Positions 52,737 to 63,742 of a DNA stretch of 64,000 nucleotides are shown here, one piece after another. The stretch lies in assembly GCA_021815925.1 (NCBI GenBank), contig JAKAZL010000004.1:8753-72752 (forward strand). The letters are read 5' to 3'. The translations under genes were made by a program, and so were the position numbers. The notes beneath the pieces are model-generated. The model did no database searches. It saw nothing but the letters and a program-made list of their open reading frames with translations, and had not been told where the DNA came from. Within the stretch, counting starts at the first letter, position 1; each line of letters begins with the position of its first letter. This stretch comes from Pseudomonadota bacterium. GTDB lineage: Bacteria; Pseudomonadota; Gammaproteobacteria; Steroidobacterales; Steroidobacteraceae.

Positions 52737-53483
52737 ATGGCACACAACGGCAAGCGACTCGCGCTCATTGCGCTCACCCTTCTCTCCCTGACGCTGTTCG
52801 GCTGCGCGGCCGTACCGCGGGCGGAGCGCGATCCGCGCGACCCCTGGCAGCGGATGAACCGCGTCACCTTCCGCTTCGACATGGGCTTCTATGACCACAT
52901 CGGCACGCCCGTGGCGCGGACCTACGTGCGCGTCGTCCCGCATCCGATCCGCACGGGCATCAGCAATTTCTTCAACAATCTCACCTATCCGACCGTGATC
53001 GTGAACGATCTGCTGCAGGGCAAAGTAGTGGATTTCGCCCGCGACACCGGCCGGCTGCTGGTCAATACGACCCTCGGCATCGGCGGACTGCTCGATCCGG
53101 CCGTCCACCTCGGCATGCCGCGCGAGCGGCGCGACTTCGGTCAAACCTTCGGCAAGTGGGGCATCGGCGCGGGGCCGTACCTGGTACTGCCGTTCCTCGG
53201 GCCCTCGGACGTGCGCGATGCGATCGGTCTGGTGCCGGCCGAGTACACCGATCCACTGCATTACGTGCAGAACACCTGGGCCGATTACGGCACGCGCACC
53301 GTCGGGCTCCTCGACACCGACACGCGCCTGCAGCCGACGCTGCACCTGATCCGCCGCTCCCTTGACCCGTATGCGTTCGCGCGCCACGCGTACCTCGCGC
53401 AGCGGGAGTTCATGGTCAAGGGCCCCCCGCCGGCGAACAGCGCCGAGCAGGAGCTGAAGGAATTGCAGGGCGGCGGTAACTAG
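52737..53483 (+). CDS. mlaA: MlaA (VacJ) outer-membrane lipoprotein
   Basis: Lipobox LFGC. Motifs DPWQRMNR, NFFNNL, ND.LQGK, NTTLGIGGLLD, FGQTFG.WG and GPYLVLPFLGPS. The start is taken at ATG 52737. Confidence 0.88.
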   Translation: MAHNGKRLALIALTLLSLTLFGCAAVPRAERDPRDPWQRMNRVTFRFDMGFYDHIGTPVARTYVRVVPHPIRTGISNFFNNLTYPTVIVNDLLQGKVVDFARDTGRLLVNTTLGIGGLLDPAVHLGMPRERRDFGQTFGKWGIGAGPYLVLPFLGPSDVRDAIGLVPAEYTDPLHYVQNTWADYGTRTVGLLDTDTRLQPTLHLIRRSLDPYAFARHAYLAQREFMVKGPPPANSAEQELKELQGGGN

Positions 53484-53502
53484 CCGCCGGCCCGCAGGCG
53501 GG

Positions 53503-53841
53503 TCAGACGCCCTGCTGCAGCATGCCGTCGACCGCGCTGATGCGCGCCAGGCGCAGCAGCTCCTCGGGCAGGCGCTCGAAACGCAGCTTGCGCCCCGCGT
53601 GGCGCGCCTCGGCCAGCCAGTCGAGCAGCACGGCAAGGCCTGCGCTGTCGGTCTGACCCAGCGCGCCGCAGTCGATCACCAGGGCGCCAGCCGCGCCGCG
53701 CAGCGCCGCGAGGCCCGCCGTGCGCGCGCGCCGTGCCGTCGCGAAAACGAGCGGTCCGCGCGCCTCGCCGCGCTCGGGCGAGCGCAACGTCAATTCGAAA
53801 GACTCAGTCCCCGCGGAGCGGCCAGCCATGTCCGTGATCAC
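53503..53841 (-). CDS. mlaB: STAS-domain protein MlaB
   Basis: 112 aa, last gene of the mla string. Its GTG start forms a GTGA overlap with the mlaC stop. STAS-like LVIDCGALGQTDSAGLAVLLDW is present. Confidence 0.65.
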   Translation of the reverse strand: MITDMAGRSAGTESFELTLRSPERGEARGPLVFATARRARTAGLAALRGAAGALVIDCGALGQTDSAGLAVLLDWLAEARHAGRKLRFERLPEELLRLARISAVDGMLQQGV

Positions 53842-54494
53842 TGCTTGTTGAGCGCACTCGGCTTCTCGCCGTGCTCGAGCCGGGCAATCACTTCATCGAG
53901 ACCGTACTGCTCGATCTGCGGGCCCAGCGAGGCGCGATAGCTCGTGACGTAGCTGATGCCCTCGACGTTCAGGTCGAACGCCTTCCAGCCGCCCGGGGTC
54001 ATGTAAACGTAGAACAGCACCGGGACCTTCGAGCCGTCCGCACGCGTAAAGGCGGTGCGCACCGTGGCCACCTGGGTACCGGGCTTCACGTGGGTCGGAT
54101 AGACCGTGAACATGTTCGCGCGGAAATCGAGCAGGAAGGCCCCGTAGTTCGCGAGCAGCGAATCCTTGAACGCCTGAATGAAGCGCGCTTTCTGCTGCGG
54201 GGTCGCCTGGCGCGCGAACCGTCCCAGCACTCCGCCGGCGGCGAGCTCGGTGTCGAAATGCGGCATCAGATACTCGTCCACGATCGCGGCGATCTTCTTC
54301 GGATGACCGCGCAGCTCGGCGCGGTGCCCATCGAGCGCCTTGAGAAGCTGATCGGCGACCGACTGGACCATCTGCGAGGGCTGCTCGAACGCCACGGGTG
54401 CGCCCTGCGCGCTCGGCGCGGCGGCGTGCGCCACCGGCAGCGTCAGCATGCCGGTCAGCGCCGCAGCGGCAATCACGGTCAGGGTTTTCATCAT
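53838..54494 (-). CDS. mlaC: periplasmic phospholipid-binding protein MlaC (Toluene_X/Ttg2D family)
   Basis: 218 aa from ATG 54494, which forms an ATGA overlap with the mlaD stop. It has a signal peptide. FDTELAAGGVLGRFARQATPQQKARFIQAFKDSL is typical of the family. Confidence 0.8.
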   Translation of the reverse strand: MMKTLTVIAAAALTGMLTLPVAHAAAPSAQGAPVAFEQPSQMVQSVADQLLKALDGHRAELRGHPKKIAAIVDEYLMPHFDTELAAGGVLGRFARQATPQQKARFIQAFKDSLLANYGAFLLDFRANMFTVYPTHVKPGTQVATVRTAFTRADGSKVPVLFYVYMTPGGWKAFDLNVEGISYVTSYRASLGPQIEQYGLDEVIARLEHGEKPSALNKQ

Positions 54495-55003
54495 TTCTGC
54501 TCCTTTGCGCCACCGCCCGGGCTCTGCGTGCTGCCCTTGCTGGCGAAGTTGGCGAAGAACTTGTTGATCAGATTCTCCAGCACCAGGGCCGACTGGGTCT
54601 GGATGATCTGACTGCCGGCCTTCAGGTAGGTCGGCAGGCCACCCGGACTGATGCTGATGTACTGCGCCCCGAGAATGCCCTCGGTGTCGATGCTGGCGGA
54701 GCTGTCTGCCGGGATCTGGTTGAACTGCTGATCGATACGCAGCCACACCTCGGCCCGCTCGGTATTGGTGTCGAAGCCGACCCGGGTCACGTCCCCGATG
54801 CGCACGCCGGCCATGCGCACCGGCGCGCCGACCTTCAGGCCGCCGATATTGTCGAATTCCGCGGTGACCTGGTAGCCGGCCGACTTGTTGAAGCCGAATT
54901 TCAAGCCGTTGGCCGGCAGCTGCATGCTGAGAAACAGCAGCGCCGCGAGCCCGAGCAGCACGAACAGGCCCGTTCCGATTTCAAGAGAGCGATTGGCGCG
55001 CAT
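54491..55003 (-). CDS. mlaD: MCE-domain protein MlaD
   Basis: 170 aa. N-terminal anchor is IGTGLFVLLGLAALLFL. The MCE core has Y.V.A.F.NIGGLKVGAPVRMAGV.IG.V. Confidence 0.88.
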   Translation of the reverse strand: MRANRSLEIGTGLFVLLGLAALLFLSMQLPANGLKFGFNKSAGYQVTAEFDNIGGLKVGAPVRMAGVRIGDVTRVGFDTNTERAEVWLRIDQQFNQIPADSSASIDTEGILGAQYISISPGGLPTYLKAGSQIIQTQSALVLENLINKFFANFASKGSTQSPGGGAKEQK

Positions 55004-55019
55004 GGCGGAAAAAATCCTC

Positions 55020-55781
55020 TTACAAAAATGCAGCAGTCAGCACGTAATCGAGCAGCAGCGTCATCACCGAGGAGGCCACGACGGTGCGCGTGGTGGCCAT
55101 GCCGACCCCCGCGGCGGTCGGTTCGGCGTGGTAGCCCTCGTTGACCGCGATCAGGCTCACGACGGCGCCGAACACGACGCTTTTGACGATTCCCTCGGTT
55201 ACGTCCTTCAGGGCGAGTGCGCTTTGCGTCTGCGCCCAGAAAATGCCGTGGTCGACGCCCATCAGCTGCACGCCGATCAGCTGGGCGCCGTACAGACCGA
55301 TGACGTTGAACACTGCGGTCAGCAGCGGCACGGCGATCAGCCCGCCGAGGAAGCGCGGCGCGGCCACGTAGCGCATCGGATCGACCGCCATCACCTCCAT
55401 GGCGGTGAGCTGGTCGGTCGCGCGCATCAGGCCGATCTCGGAGGTGAGCGCCGTGCCGGCCCGGCCGGCGAACAGCAGCGCCGTCAGCACCGGACCGAGT
55501 TCCTTCAGCAGCGAGAACGCCGCGGCCGTGCCGAGCGCCTCGGTGGCACCGAAGCGGCGCAGCAGATCGTAACCCTGCAGGCCGAGCACCATGCCGGTGA
55601 ACAGCCCCGAGAGCATGATGATGATGAGCGAGCGGGCGCCGGCGTTGTAGATCTGCGCAACGATGAGCCGCGGCCGCGCCAGCGCCGGGATGCAGGCCCG
55701 CAGCAGCCGCAGGAAGAACAGGCCCGTCACGCCGGTCTTGCGCACCAGCTCGAGGAGCCCCGCCTTGCGTGCGCCGCTCAT
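55020..55781 (-). CDS. mlaE: ABC transporter permease MlaE
   Basis: 253 aa, multi-TM. Motifs GPVLTALLFAGRAGTALTSEIG.M ... QL.AMEVMAVDP are present. The ATG forms an ATGA overlap with the mlaF stop. Confidence 0.9.
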   Translation of the reverse strand: MSGARKAGLLELVRKTGVTGLFFLRLLRACIPALARPRLIVAQIYNAGARSLIIIMLSGLFTGMVLGLQGYDLLRRFGATEALGTAAAFSLLKELGPVLTALLFAGRAGTALTSEIGLMRATDQLTAMEVMAVDPMRYVAAPRFLGGLIAVPLLTAVFNVIGLYGAQLIGVQLMGVDHGIFWAQTQSALALKDVTEGIVKSVVFGAVVSLIAVNEGYHAEPTAAGVGMATTRTVVASSVMTLLLDYVLTAAFL

Positions 55782-56638
55782 CGTGCGTTCTCCAGCAGCT
55801 CGGTGGCGTAATCGGCCGCCGGATAATGAAATGGCACCGGCCCTTCGGCGCTGCCGGTCATGAACTGGCGTACCGTCGCCGAATCGCTGCGCGCAAGCTC
55901 GGCCGGGGTTCCCGAGGCGACCACGCGCCCCCCGGAGAGCAGGTAGCTGTAATCGGCAATGCTGGAGATCTCCTGCACGTCGTGCGAGACGACGACGCTG
56001 GTGATGTTCAGCGCGTCGTTCATCTGCTTGACCAGGCGCAGAATCACGCCGAGGGAGATCGGATCGAGCCCGACGAACGGCTCGTCATAGATCAGCACCT
56101 CCGGGTCCATGACGATGGCCCGCGCCAGTGCCACGCGCCGCGCCATGCCGCCGGAGAGCTCCGCGGGCATCAGGTGCGCCGCGCCGCGCAGGCCGACCGC
56201 CTCGAGCTTGGTGAGCACCAGCTTGCGGATCAGCGGCTCGGGCAGGTCGGTGTGCTCGCGCACCGGGAAAGCGACGTTCTCGAACACGTCGACGTCGGTC
56301 AGCAGCGCACCGTTCTGAAAGAGCATGCCCATGCGCTGGCGCGTCGCGTACAGCTCCGTGGCGCCGAGCGTGCCGACGTCGCGGCCGAACACCGATACCA
56401 CTCCGCGGTCGGCGTAGATCTGACCGGTGATCAGGCGCAGCAGCGTGGTCTTGCCCGTGCCGCTCGGCCCCATCACCGCGGTGATCAGGCCCCGGCGGGC
56501 GACGATGTCGAGTCCGCTGAAGATCGGCCGGCCGTCGACGGCATAGTGCACGTCGCGCACGTCGACGACGGCGTCGCTCGAGGCTGGGGGCGAGGCGGGT
56601 CCGGGATCTGTCACGCGAATCCTTTCAGCGCCGCCCAT
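55778..56638 (-). CDS. mlaF: ABC transporter ATP-binding protein MlaF
   Basis: Walker A GPSGTGKTT, signature LSGGMARRVALARA, and Walker B LIYDEP. The start is taken at ATG 56638, which shares one nucleotide with the fba stop. Confidence 0.9.
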   Translation of the reverse strand: MGGAERIRVTDPGPASPPASSDAVVDVRDVHYAVDGRPIFSGLDIVARRGLITAVMGPSGTGKTTLLRLITGQIYADRGVVSVFGRDVGTLGATELYATRQRMGMLFQNGALLTDVDVFENVAFPVREHTDLPEPLIRKLVLTKLEAVGLRGAAHLMPAELSGGMARRVALARAIVMDPEVLIYDEPFVGLDPISLGVILRLVKQMNDALNITSVVVSHDVQEISSIADYSYLLSGGRVVASGTPAELARSDSATVRQFMTGSAEGPVPFHYPAADYATELLENAR

Positions 56639-57663
56639 CAGGCGGCTTTTTCCATCTCGGGGCTGTAGCGGCCGGTGCTCGCGAGCCCGTTCAGGCGCGC
56701 GCGCCGCGCGAACTCCTGCTGGCCGGCCTTGAACTCGGCACTGCGTCCGCCCCAGGCCTGCAGCGCCGTTTCCTGCAGCGCCCGACCGTAGCTGAAGGTA
56801 ACCGCCCAGGGCAGCGGCCCTGCGCGGTTGATCAGGGACAGATGCAGCGTCGCCTCCTCGGGGGACTGCCCGCCGGAGAGAAAGGCGATACCCGGCACGG
56901 CCGGCGGCACATGCCGTTTCAGGCAGCGCACGGTCGCCGCAGCCACCGCCTCGGCAGAGGCGCGCTCGGGAGCCTTCTTGCCGGAGATGACCATGTTGGG
57001 CTTTAGCACCATACCCTCCAGATAGATTCGGTGAGCCTGCAGGTGCTGGAACACGCTGCCGAGGGTCGCATCGGTGACCTCCTCGCAGCGCTCGATCGAG
57101 TGCGCCCCATCCATCAGTACCTCCGGCTCGACGATCGGCACGATGTCGCTTTCCTGGCAGAGCGCGGCGTAGCGCGCCAGTGCATGCGCATTGGCCTCGA
57201 TGGCGAACGCGCTCGGCACCCCGGCGGCGATGTCGATGACGGCGCGCCACTTGGCGAAGCGTGCGCCGAGCTTGTGGTATTCGACGAGCCGCTCGCGCAG
57301 CCCGTCGAGGCCCTCGGTGATGGTGTCCCCGGGAAAGCCGGCCAGCGGCTTCGCGCCCCGGTCGACCTTGATGCCCGGCACAATGCCCTGCTGCGCCAGG
57401 TACTGCGGAAACGGCGTGCCGTCGGCGGTCTTCTGACGGATGGTCTCGTCGTACAGGATCACCCCGCTGATCGACTCGGCCGCGCCCGGGGCCGTGAACA
57501 GCAGCTCACGGTAGGCCCGGCGATGCTCCTCGGTCGAATCGAGCCGGATCGCATTGAAGCGCTTGGCGATGGTGCCGGTGCTCTCGTCCGCGGCCAGGAT
57601 CCCTTTGCCCCGAGCAACCATCGCCTGGGCAATTCGAGCAAGCTCACTGCGATTCATGACCAT
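56638..57663 (-). CDS. fba: class I fructose-bisphosphate aldolase
   Basis: 341 aa from ATG 57663. Motifs GKGILAADESTGT, GVILYDET, GIKVDRG, KWRAV, VEPEVL and the Schiff-base Lys context LKPNMV. Confidence 0.9.
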   Translation of the reverse strand: MVMNRSELARIAQAMVARGKGILAADESTGTIAKRFNAIRLDSTEEHRRAYRELLFTAPGAAESISGVILYDETIRQKTADGTPFPQYLAQQGIVPGIKVDRGAKPLAGFPGDTITEGLDGLRERLVEYHKLGARFAKWRAVIDIAAGVPSAFAIEANAHALARYAALCQESDIVPIVEPEVLMDGAHSIERCEEVTDATLGSVFQHLQAHRIYLEGMVLKPNMVISGKKAPERASAEAVAAATVRCLKRHVPPAVPGIAFLSGGQSPEEATLHLSLINRAGPLPWAVTFSYGRALQETALQAWGGRSAEFKAGQQEFARRARLNGLASTGRYSPEMEKAA

Positions 57664-58026
57664 TCTCCGCGACAGGGTGGTTCGGCCGCACGTGCCGGCC
57701 GGTCGGCCTCGCTTCGCGCGCCGCGAGGAGCGCAAGGATACCAAATGCCCCTGAGGTACCACCCATCAACCTGCAGCCCGGGCGGGGCCATCCGGATACG
57801 CGCGCGAGCCGACCGAGTTGCGCCTGACGTCGATCAGCCGTCGCCGTGCGACGACAGTGCCGCGACGACCCGCACCGTCACGCAGCGCAAGCCGCCCACG
57901 GTGCATGGTGCGCCGCCGTCGGCGCTGCCGGAAACGGTTCCGCGCTACGCCATCCGCCCCTGTACTGACCGTCCGCTGCCGCTCTCGGTTCCGGTGCCGG
58001 CTTGGTTCCGGCTGCAATCAGTACTA

Positions 58027-58040
58027 AACTAGTCCTAGTT
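58027..58040. promoter_or_regulatory. AT-rich palindrome AACTAG-TC-CTAGTT just upstream of the Rrf2 regulator gene (candidate operator or promoter element)
   Basis: Perfect 6-bp inverted repeat. It sits in the only AT-rich patch of the fba/suf intergenic region, 16 nt upstream of the ATG and overlapping the RBS-proximal leader. Confidence 0.45.
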
Positions 58041-58055
58041 CCGGAGGAATCCCCC

Positions 58056-58541
58056 ATGGTCCGCATCAGCCGGCTCACTGATTACGCCACCGTGCTGCTC
58101 GCCGTCCTCGCCGCGCAACCCGAGCGTGTGCAGACCGCGGCCGCGCTCGCCGAGCAGACGCATATTGCCGCGCCCACCGTGAGCAAGCTGCTGAAGCAGC
58201 TGCAGCGGGCCGCGCTGGTGAGCTCGACCCGGGGCCTGCACGGCGGCTACCAGCTGGCGCGTCCGGCGACGCAGATCAGCGCCGCGGCCATCCTCGATGC
58301 CCTCGAGGGCCCCATGGCGCTCACCGACTGCTCGGTCGCGCGCGGCCAGTGCGAGATTGAGCAGAGCTGCCGCGTCGGGCATGTGTGGCAGCGGCTGAAC
58401 CTCGCCATCCGCCGCTCCCTGGTCGACGTCAGCCTGGCGCAGCTCGCCGGCATCGACCCCTTCCCGCCGCGCCTGGCAGCGCTCGAGCGCGACCTGAAGG
58501 TCGCCGTCACATCCATTCCACTGCGCGTTCCGAACGCCTGA
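58056..58541 (+). CDS. Rrf2-family transcriptional regulator heading the SUF operon (IscR/SufR-like)
   Basis: [15 protein letters not shown] ... [29 protein letters not shown] matches the Rrf2 helix-turn-helix. Cys residues are present (DCS ... GQCE ... SC). A GGAGGA RBS precedes the start. Confidence 0.88.
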   Translation: MVRISRLTDYATVLLAVLAAQPERVQTAAALAEQTHIAAPTVSKLLKQLQRAALVSSTRGLHGGYQLARPATQISAAAILDALEGPMALTDCSVARGQCEIEQSCRVGHVWQRLNLAIRRSLVDVSLAQLAGIDPFPPRLAALERDLKVAVTSIPLRVPNA

Positions 58542-58564
58542 CCCACCCCATCGCCGCACCGCAC

Positions 58565-60010
<1,446 letters not shown>

Positions 60011-60028
60011 TTTTCCAGGATCACAGAC

Positions 60029-60778
60029 ATGCTCACGATTAAGAACCTGCATGCCGCAGTGGACGGCAAGGAAATTCTCAAGGGCCTCGAGCTCGAGGTA
60101 CCCGCCGGCGAAGTCCACGCGGTCATGGGACCGAACGGCTCGGGCAAGAGCACGCTCGCACACGTGCTCGCCGGCCGCCCCGGCTACACCATCACCTCGG
60201 GCGCGGTGCACTTCAAGGGACGCGATCTGCTCGCGCTCGCCCCGGAAGAACGGGCGCGCGAGGGATTATTCCTCGGCTTCCAGTACCCGGTCGAGATTCC
60301 CGGCGTCAACAACGTCTATCTGCTCAAGGCGGCCGTGAATGCCGCGCGCAAGCATCACGGCCTGCCCGAAGTGGATGCCTTCGAGTTCCTCACGCTGGTG
60401 CGCGAGAAGATGCGCCTGATGCGCATGGACGAGAGCATGCTCTCGCGCGGCGTGAACGAGGGCTTCTCCGGCGGCGAGAAAAAGCGCAACGAGATCCTGC
60501 AGATGCTGGTGCTCGAGCCGGCCCTGGCGGTGCTCGATGAGACCGACTCGGGGCTCGACATCGATGCGCTGAAGGTCGTGGCGCACGGCGTCAACACGCT
60601 GCGTGCGGCAAACCGCTCGATGGTGCTGGTGACGCACTACCAACGGCTTCTCGAGTACATCGTGCCGGACCGCGTGCACGTGCTGATCAAGGGTCGCATC
60701 GTACGTAGCGGTGACCGCACCCTCGCACTCGAGCTCGAGCAACGCGGCTATGACTGGCTGATGGACGAGGCGGCATGA
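60029..60778 (+). CDS. sufC: Fe-S cluster assembly ATPase SufC
   Basis: 249 aa. Motifs MLTIKNLHA, GPNGSGKST, FSGGEKKRNEILQ and LDETDSGLD. Confidence 0.96.
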   Translation: MLTIKNLHAAVDGKEILKGLELEVPAGEVHAVMGPNGSGKSTLAHVLAGRPGYTITSGAVHFKGRDLLALAPEERAREGLFLGFQYPVEIPGVNNVYLLKAAVNAARKHHGLPEVDAFEFLTLVREKMRLMRMDESMLSRGVNEGFSGGEKKRNEILQMLVLEPALAVLDETDSGLDIDALKVVAHGVNTLRAANRSMVLVTHYQRLLEYIVPDRVHVLIKGRIVRSGDRTLALELEQRGYDWLMDEAA

Positions 60779-62058
60779 GCACGCCGCTGCTGACCCGCCT
60801 GCGGGACGAATTCGGCGCGGTGCGCGCCGCGCTGCCGGCCAACGTCATCGCCGCGGCCGCGCGGCAGGAAGCGCTCGAGCGGCTCTGCGCGCTCGGGCTG
60901 CCGGCCACGCGTGAGGAGAACTGGCGCTACGCGAACCTGCGCGTCCTCGAGCGCGCCCGGTTCACGCCCGCGGCGGCCGAAGCGGCGATGCCCGCACTGC
61001 CCGAGCCACTGAGCGGGTTCGCCCGCTATGTCTTCGTCGACGCAGAGCTGCGCGCACAGGCCCCCGCACCGCCGGGCGTGACGGTGCGCAGCCTGCGTGC
61101 GCCCGGCGCACCCACCAACGGCTGGCGCTTCGGCTCGGATCTGCCCGAGACGCGCCTGGCGCTGCTCAACGAGACATTTGCCACCGATGCCGCCTCGATC
61201 GAGGTGCGCGCCGGGGCCGATGCGCCCGGCATCGAGCTGGTGTTTGTGGCCGCCACCGGCGCTCAGAACGGCGCCTCCTATCCGCGCGTGCGCCTCGCCC
61301 TCGCGTCCGGCGCTCGCCTGACGGTGGTGGAGCGGCATCTCGGCGCAGCCGATGCACAGAGCCTGGTCAACAGCGCCGTGCGCGTCGAGCTCGCCCCGAA
61401 TGCCCAGCTGACGCATTATCGGCTGCAGCACGGCGGGGCGCGTGCCGCCTGGTTCGACACGCTGACGGCGGAGCTCGCCGAGGCGGCCCGTTACGATCTG
61501 CTCGCCGTGAGCGCCGGCGCCCTCGCCGCCCGCTCGACGGTGCACGCGCGCCTGCTCGGCGCAGGAGCGGAACTGACGCTCTCGGCCGCCGCCCTCGGCG
61601 AGGGCCAGCAGACTCACGACATGTACGCCCTCAGCGAGCATCGCGCGCCACGCACCCGCACGCTCGAGACCTTCCGCGGTATTGCCTCGGGGCGGGCGCG
61701 GGTGGCGTTCAACGGCAAAATCACCGTGGGCGAGAACGCCCCTGGCACCGATTCCCGCCAGTCGCTGCGCGGACTGCTCGACGGTGCGGAGGCCGAGGTC
61801 GATCTGCGGCCGCAGCTGGAGATCTACACCGACGAGGTCCGCTGCAGCCACGGCGCGACGGCCGGCAAGCTCGATGAGAACATGCTCTTTTATCTGCTCT
61901 CGCGCGGGCTCGCGCCCGAGGTGGCCCAGCACCTGCTGAAGTGGGCCTTCCTCGAGGACGTGATCGCCCGGATCGCCCTGCCCGACCTGCGCCGCCAGAT
62001 CGAGCTCGCGCTCATCGGACAGATGAGCGAGGCCGCCACCTTGAAGGAACTGCTGTGA
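60775..62058 (+). CDS. sufD: Fe-S cluster assembly protein SufD
   Basis: 427 aa. The ATG forms an ATGA overlap with the sufC stop. The C-terminal SufB/D block is present (EIYTDEVRCSHGATAGKLDENMLFYL.SRG). Confidence 0.92.
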   Translation: MSTPLLTRLRDEFGAVRAALPANVIAAAARQEALERLCALGLPATREENWRYANLRVLERARFTPAAAEAAMPALPEPLSGFARYVFVDAELRAQAPAPPGVTVRSLRAPGAPTNGWRFGSDLPETRLALLNETFATDAASIEVRAGADAPGIELVFVAATGAQNGASYPRVRLALASGARLTVVERHLGAADAQSLVNSAVRVELAPNAQLTHYRLQHGGARAAWFDTLTAELAEAARYDLLAVSAGALAARSTVHARLLGAGAELTLSAAALGEGQQTHDMYALSEHRAPRTRTLETFRGIASGRARVAFNGKITVGENAPGTDSRQSLRGLLDGAEAEVDLRPQLEIYTDEVRCSHGATAGKLDENMLFYLLSRGLAPEVAQHLLKWAFLEDVIARIALPDLRRQIELALIGQMSEAATLKELL

Positions 62059-63290
62059 AGCCCGCTGCCGCATCGCTCGATGTCGAACGCGTCCGCGCCG
62101 ATTTTCCCATCCTGGCGCAGCAGGTGAATGGCCGGCCGCTCGTCTACCTCGACAGCGCAGCCTCCGGGCAGCGCCCGCTGGCAGTGCTGCGCGCAGTGGA
62201 GCATTACGAGACGCACCTGCACTCCAACGTGCACCGCGGCGTTCATACACTGAGCCAGGCTGCCACGGAAGCGTTCGAGGGCGCGCGCGCGCGGGCCCGG
62301 CGCTTCATTAACGCTCGCTCGGCCCGCGAGATCCTCTTCGTGCGCGGCACGACCGAGGGCATCAACCTCGTCGCCCAGTCGTACGGCCGTTCCCGGCTCG
62401 GACCGGGCGATGAGATCCTCATCACCGCGCTCGAGCATCACGCCAACATCGTGCCGTGGCAGATGGTGTGCGAGCAGAACGGCTGCACGCTGAAGGTGGC
62501 GCCAATCGACCGGCGCGGCGAGCTCGACCTCGAGCGGCTGTTTGAGTTGCTCAACGCCCGTACCCGCCTGGTCGCGCTGGCACACGTTTCGAATGCGCTC
62601 GGCACCGTGCTGCCGGTCAAGCGCATCGTGGAGGCGGCCCACTCCTGCGGCGCGCTGGTACTGGTCGACGGGGCACAGGCCGTACCCCATACGGCCGTGG
62701 ACGTGCGCGAGCTCGGCTGCGACTTCTACGCATTCTCGGGGCACAAGCTCTACGGCCCGACCGGCATCGGGGTGCTCTACGGCCGCGAGGAGCTGCTCGA
62801 GGAAATGCCGCCCTGGCAGGGCGGCGGCGACATGATCCGCACCGTGTCGTTCGAGAAGAGCACCTACAACGAGCTGCCGTGGAAGTTCGAGGCCGGCACA
62901 CCCAACATCTCCGGGGCGGTGGGACTTGCGGCCGCCATGGACTACCTCGAGAGCCTCGGCGCCGCGGCGGTGGCGGCCCATGAGCATCACCTGCTCGCGC
63001 TCGCCACAGCGGAGCTTCAGGCGATCCCCGGCATCGAGATCGTCGGCACGGCAGCGCACAAGGCCGCCGTGCTGTCCTTCACGCTGCGCGGCTGCCATCC
63101 GCACGATCTCGGCACGATCCTCGACAGCGAGGGTGTGGCGATCCGCACCGGTCATCACTGCGCAATGCCGGTGATGACCTTCTTCGGCATCCCGGCCACG
63201 GCCCGTGCCTCCTTCGGCTGCTACAACACCGAATCCGACGTGCGGGCGCTGGTGGCGGCTCTCGACAAAGCCCGCGAGGTGTTCGGCTGA
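62055..63290 (+). CDS. sufS: cysteine desulfurase SufS (class II)
   Basis: GTG 62055 forms a GTGA overlap with the sufD stop. Motifs YLDSAASGQ, the PLP-Lys context FSGHKLYGPTGIG, and the active-site RTGHHCAMP. Confidence 0.94.
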   Translation: MKPAAASLDVERVRADFPILAQQVNGRPLVYLDSAASGQRPLAVLRAVEHYETHLHSNVHRGVHTLSQAATEAFEGARARARRFINARSAREILFVRGTTEGINLVAQSYGRSRLGPGDEILITALEHHANIVPWQMVCEQNGCTLKVAPIDRRGELDLERLFELLNARTRLVALAHVSNALGTVLPVKRIVEAAHSCGALVLVDGAQAVPHTAVDVRELGCDFYAFSGHKLYGPTGIGVLYGREELLEEMPPWQGGGDMIRTVSFEKSTYNELPWKFEAGTPNISGAVGLAAAMDYLESLGAAAVAAHEHHLLALATAELQAIPGIEIVGTAAHKAAVLSFTLRGCHPHDLGTILDSEGVAIRTGHHCAMPVMTFFGIPATARASFGCYNTESDVRALVAALDKAREVFG

Positions 63291-63733
63291 TGGACCTGAA
63301 AGAGCTCTACCGCGACGTGATCCTGGATCACAACCGTCAGCCGCGAAATTTCGGGGCCCTCACCGGCGCCGATGCGCACGCCGACGGGCACAATCCGCTC
63401 TGCGGCGACCGGCTCACGGTGTGGGTCCGGCTCGATGGCGAGCGCGTCGCGGACATTCGTTTCGAAGGCACGGGCTGCGCCATCTCGACCGCGTCGGCCT
63501 CACTCATGACCGAAGCGGTCAAGGGCAAGGATAAGGCGGCAATCGAGGCGCTGTATCGGCAGATCCACACGCTGCTGACGCAGCACGACGCGCCCGCCGA
63601 TCCCGCACTCGGCAAGCTCGTTGCCCTGGCCGGCGTCAGCGAGTTTCCGGCCCGGGTCAAATGCGCCACGCTGTGCTGGCACACGCTGAACGCCGCGCTC
63701 GAGCAAAGCGCCGCGGCCGTCACAACGGAGTAA
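63290..63733 (+). CDS. sufU: SUF-system NifU-family sulfur acceptor/scaffold, SufU-type
   Basis: 147 aa. N-terminus LYRDVILDHNRQPRNFG. The three Cys contexts are NPLCGD, GTGCAIS and KCATLCW. The ATG overlaps the sufS stop. Confidence 0.85.
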   Translation: MDLKELYRDVILDHNRQPRNFGALTGADAHADGHNPLCGDRLTVWVRLDGERVADIRFEGTGCAISTASASLMTEAVKGKDKAAIEALYRQIHTLLTQHDAPADPALGKLVALAGVSEFPARVKCATLCWHTLNAALEQSAAAVTTE

Positions 63734-63742
63734 CGCGCCACC

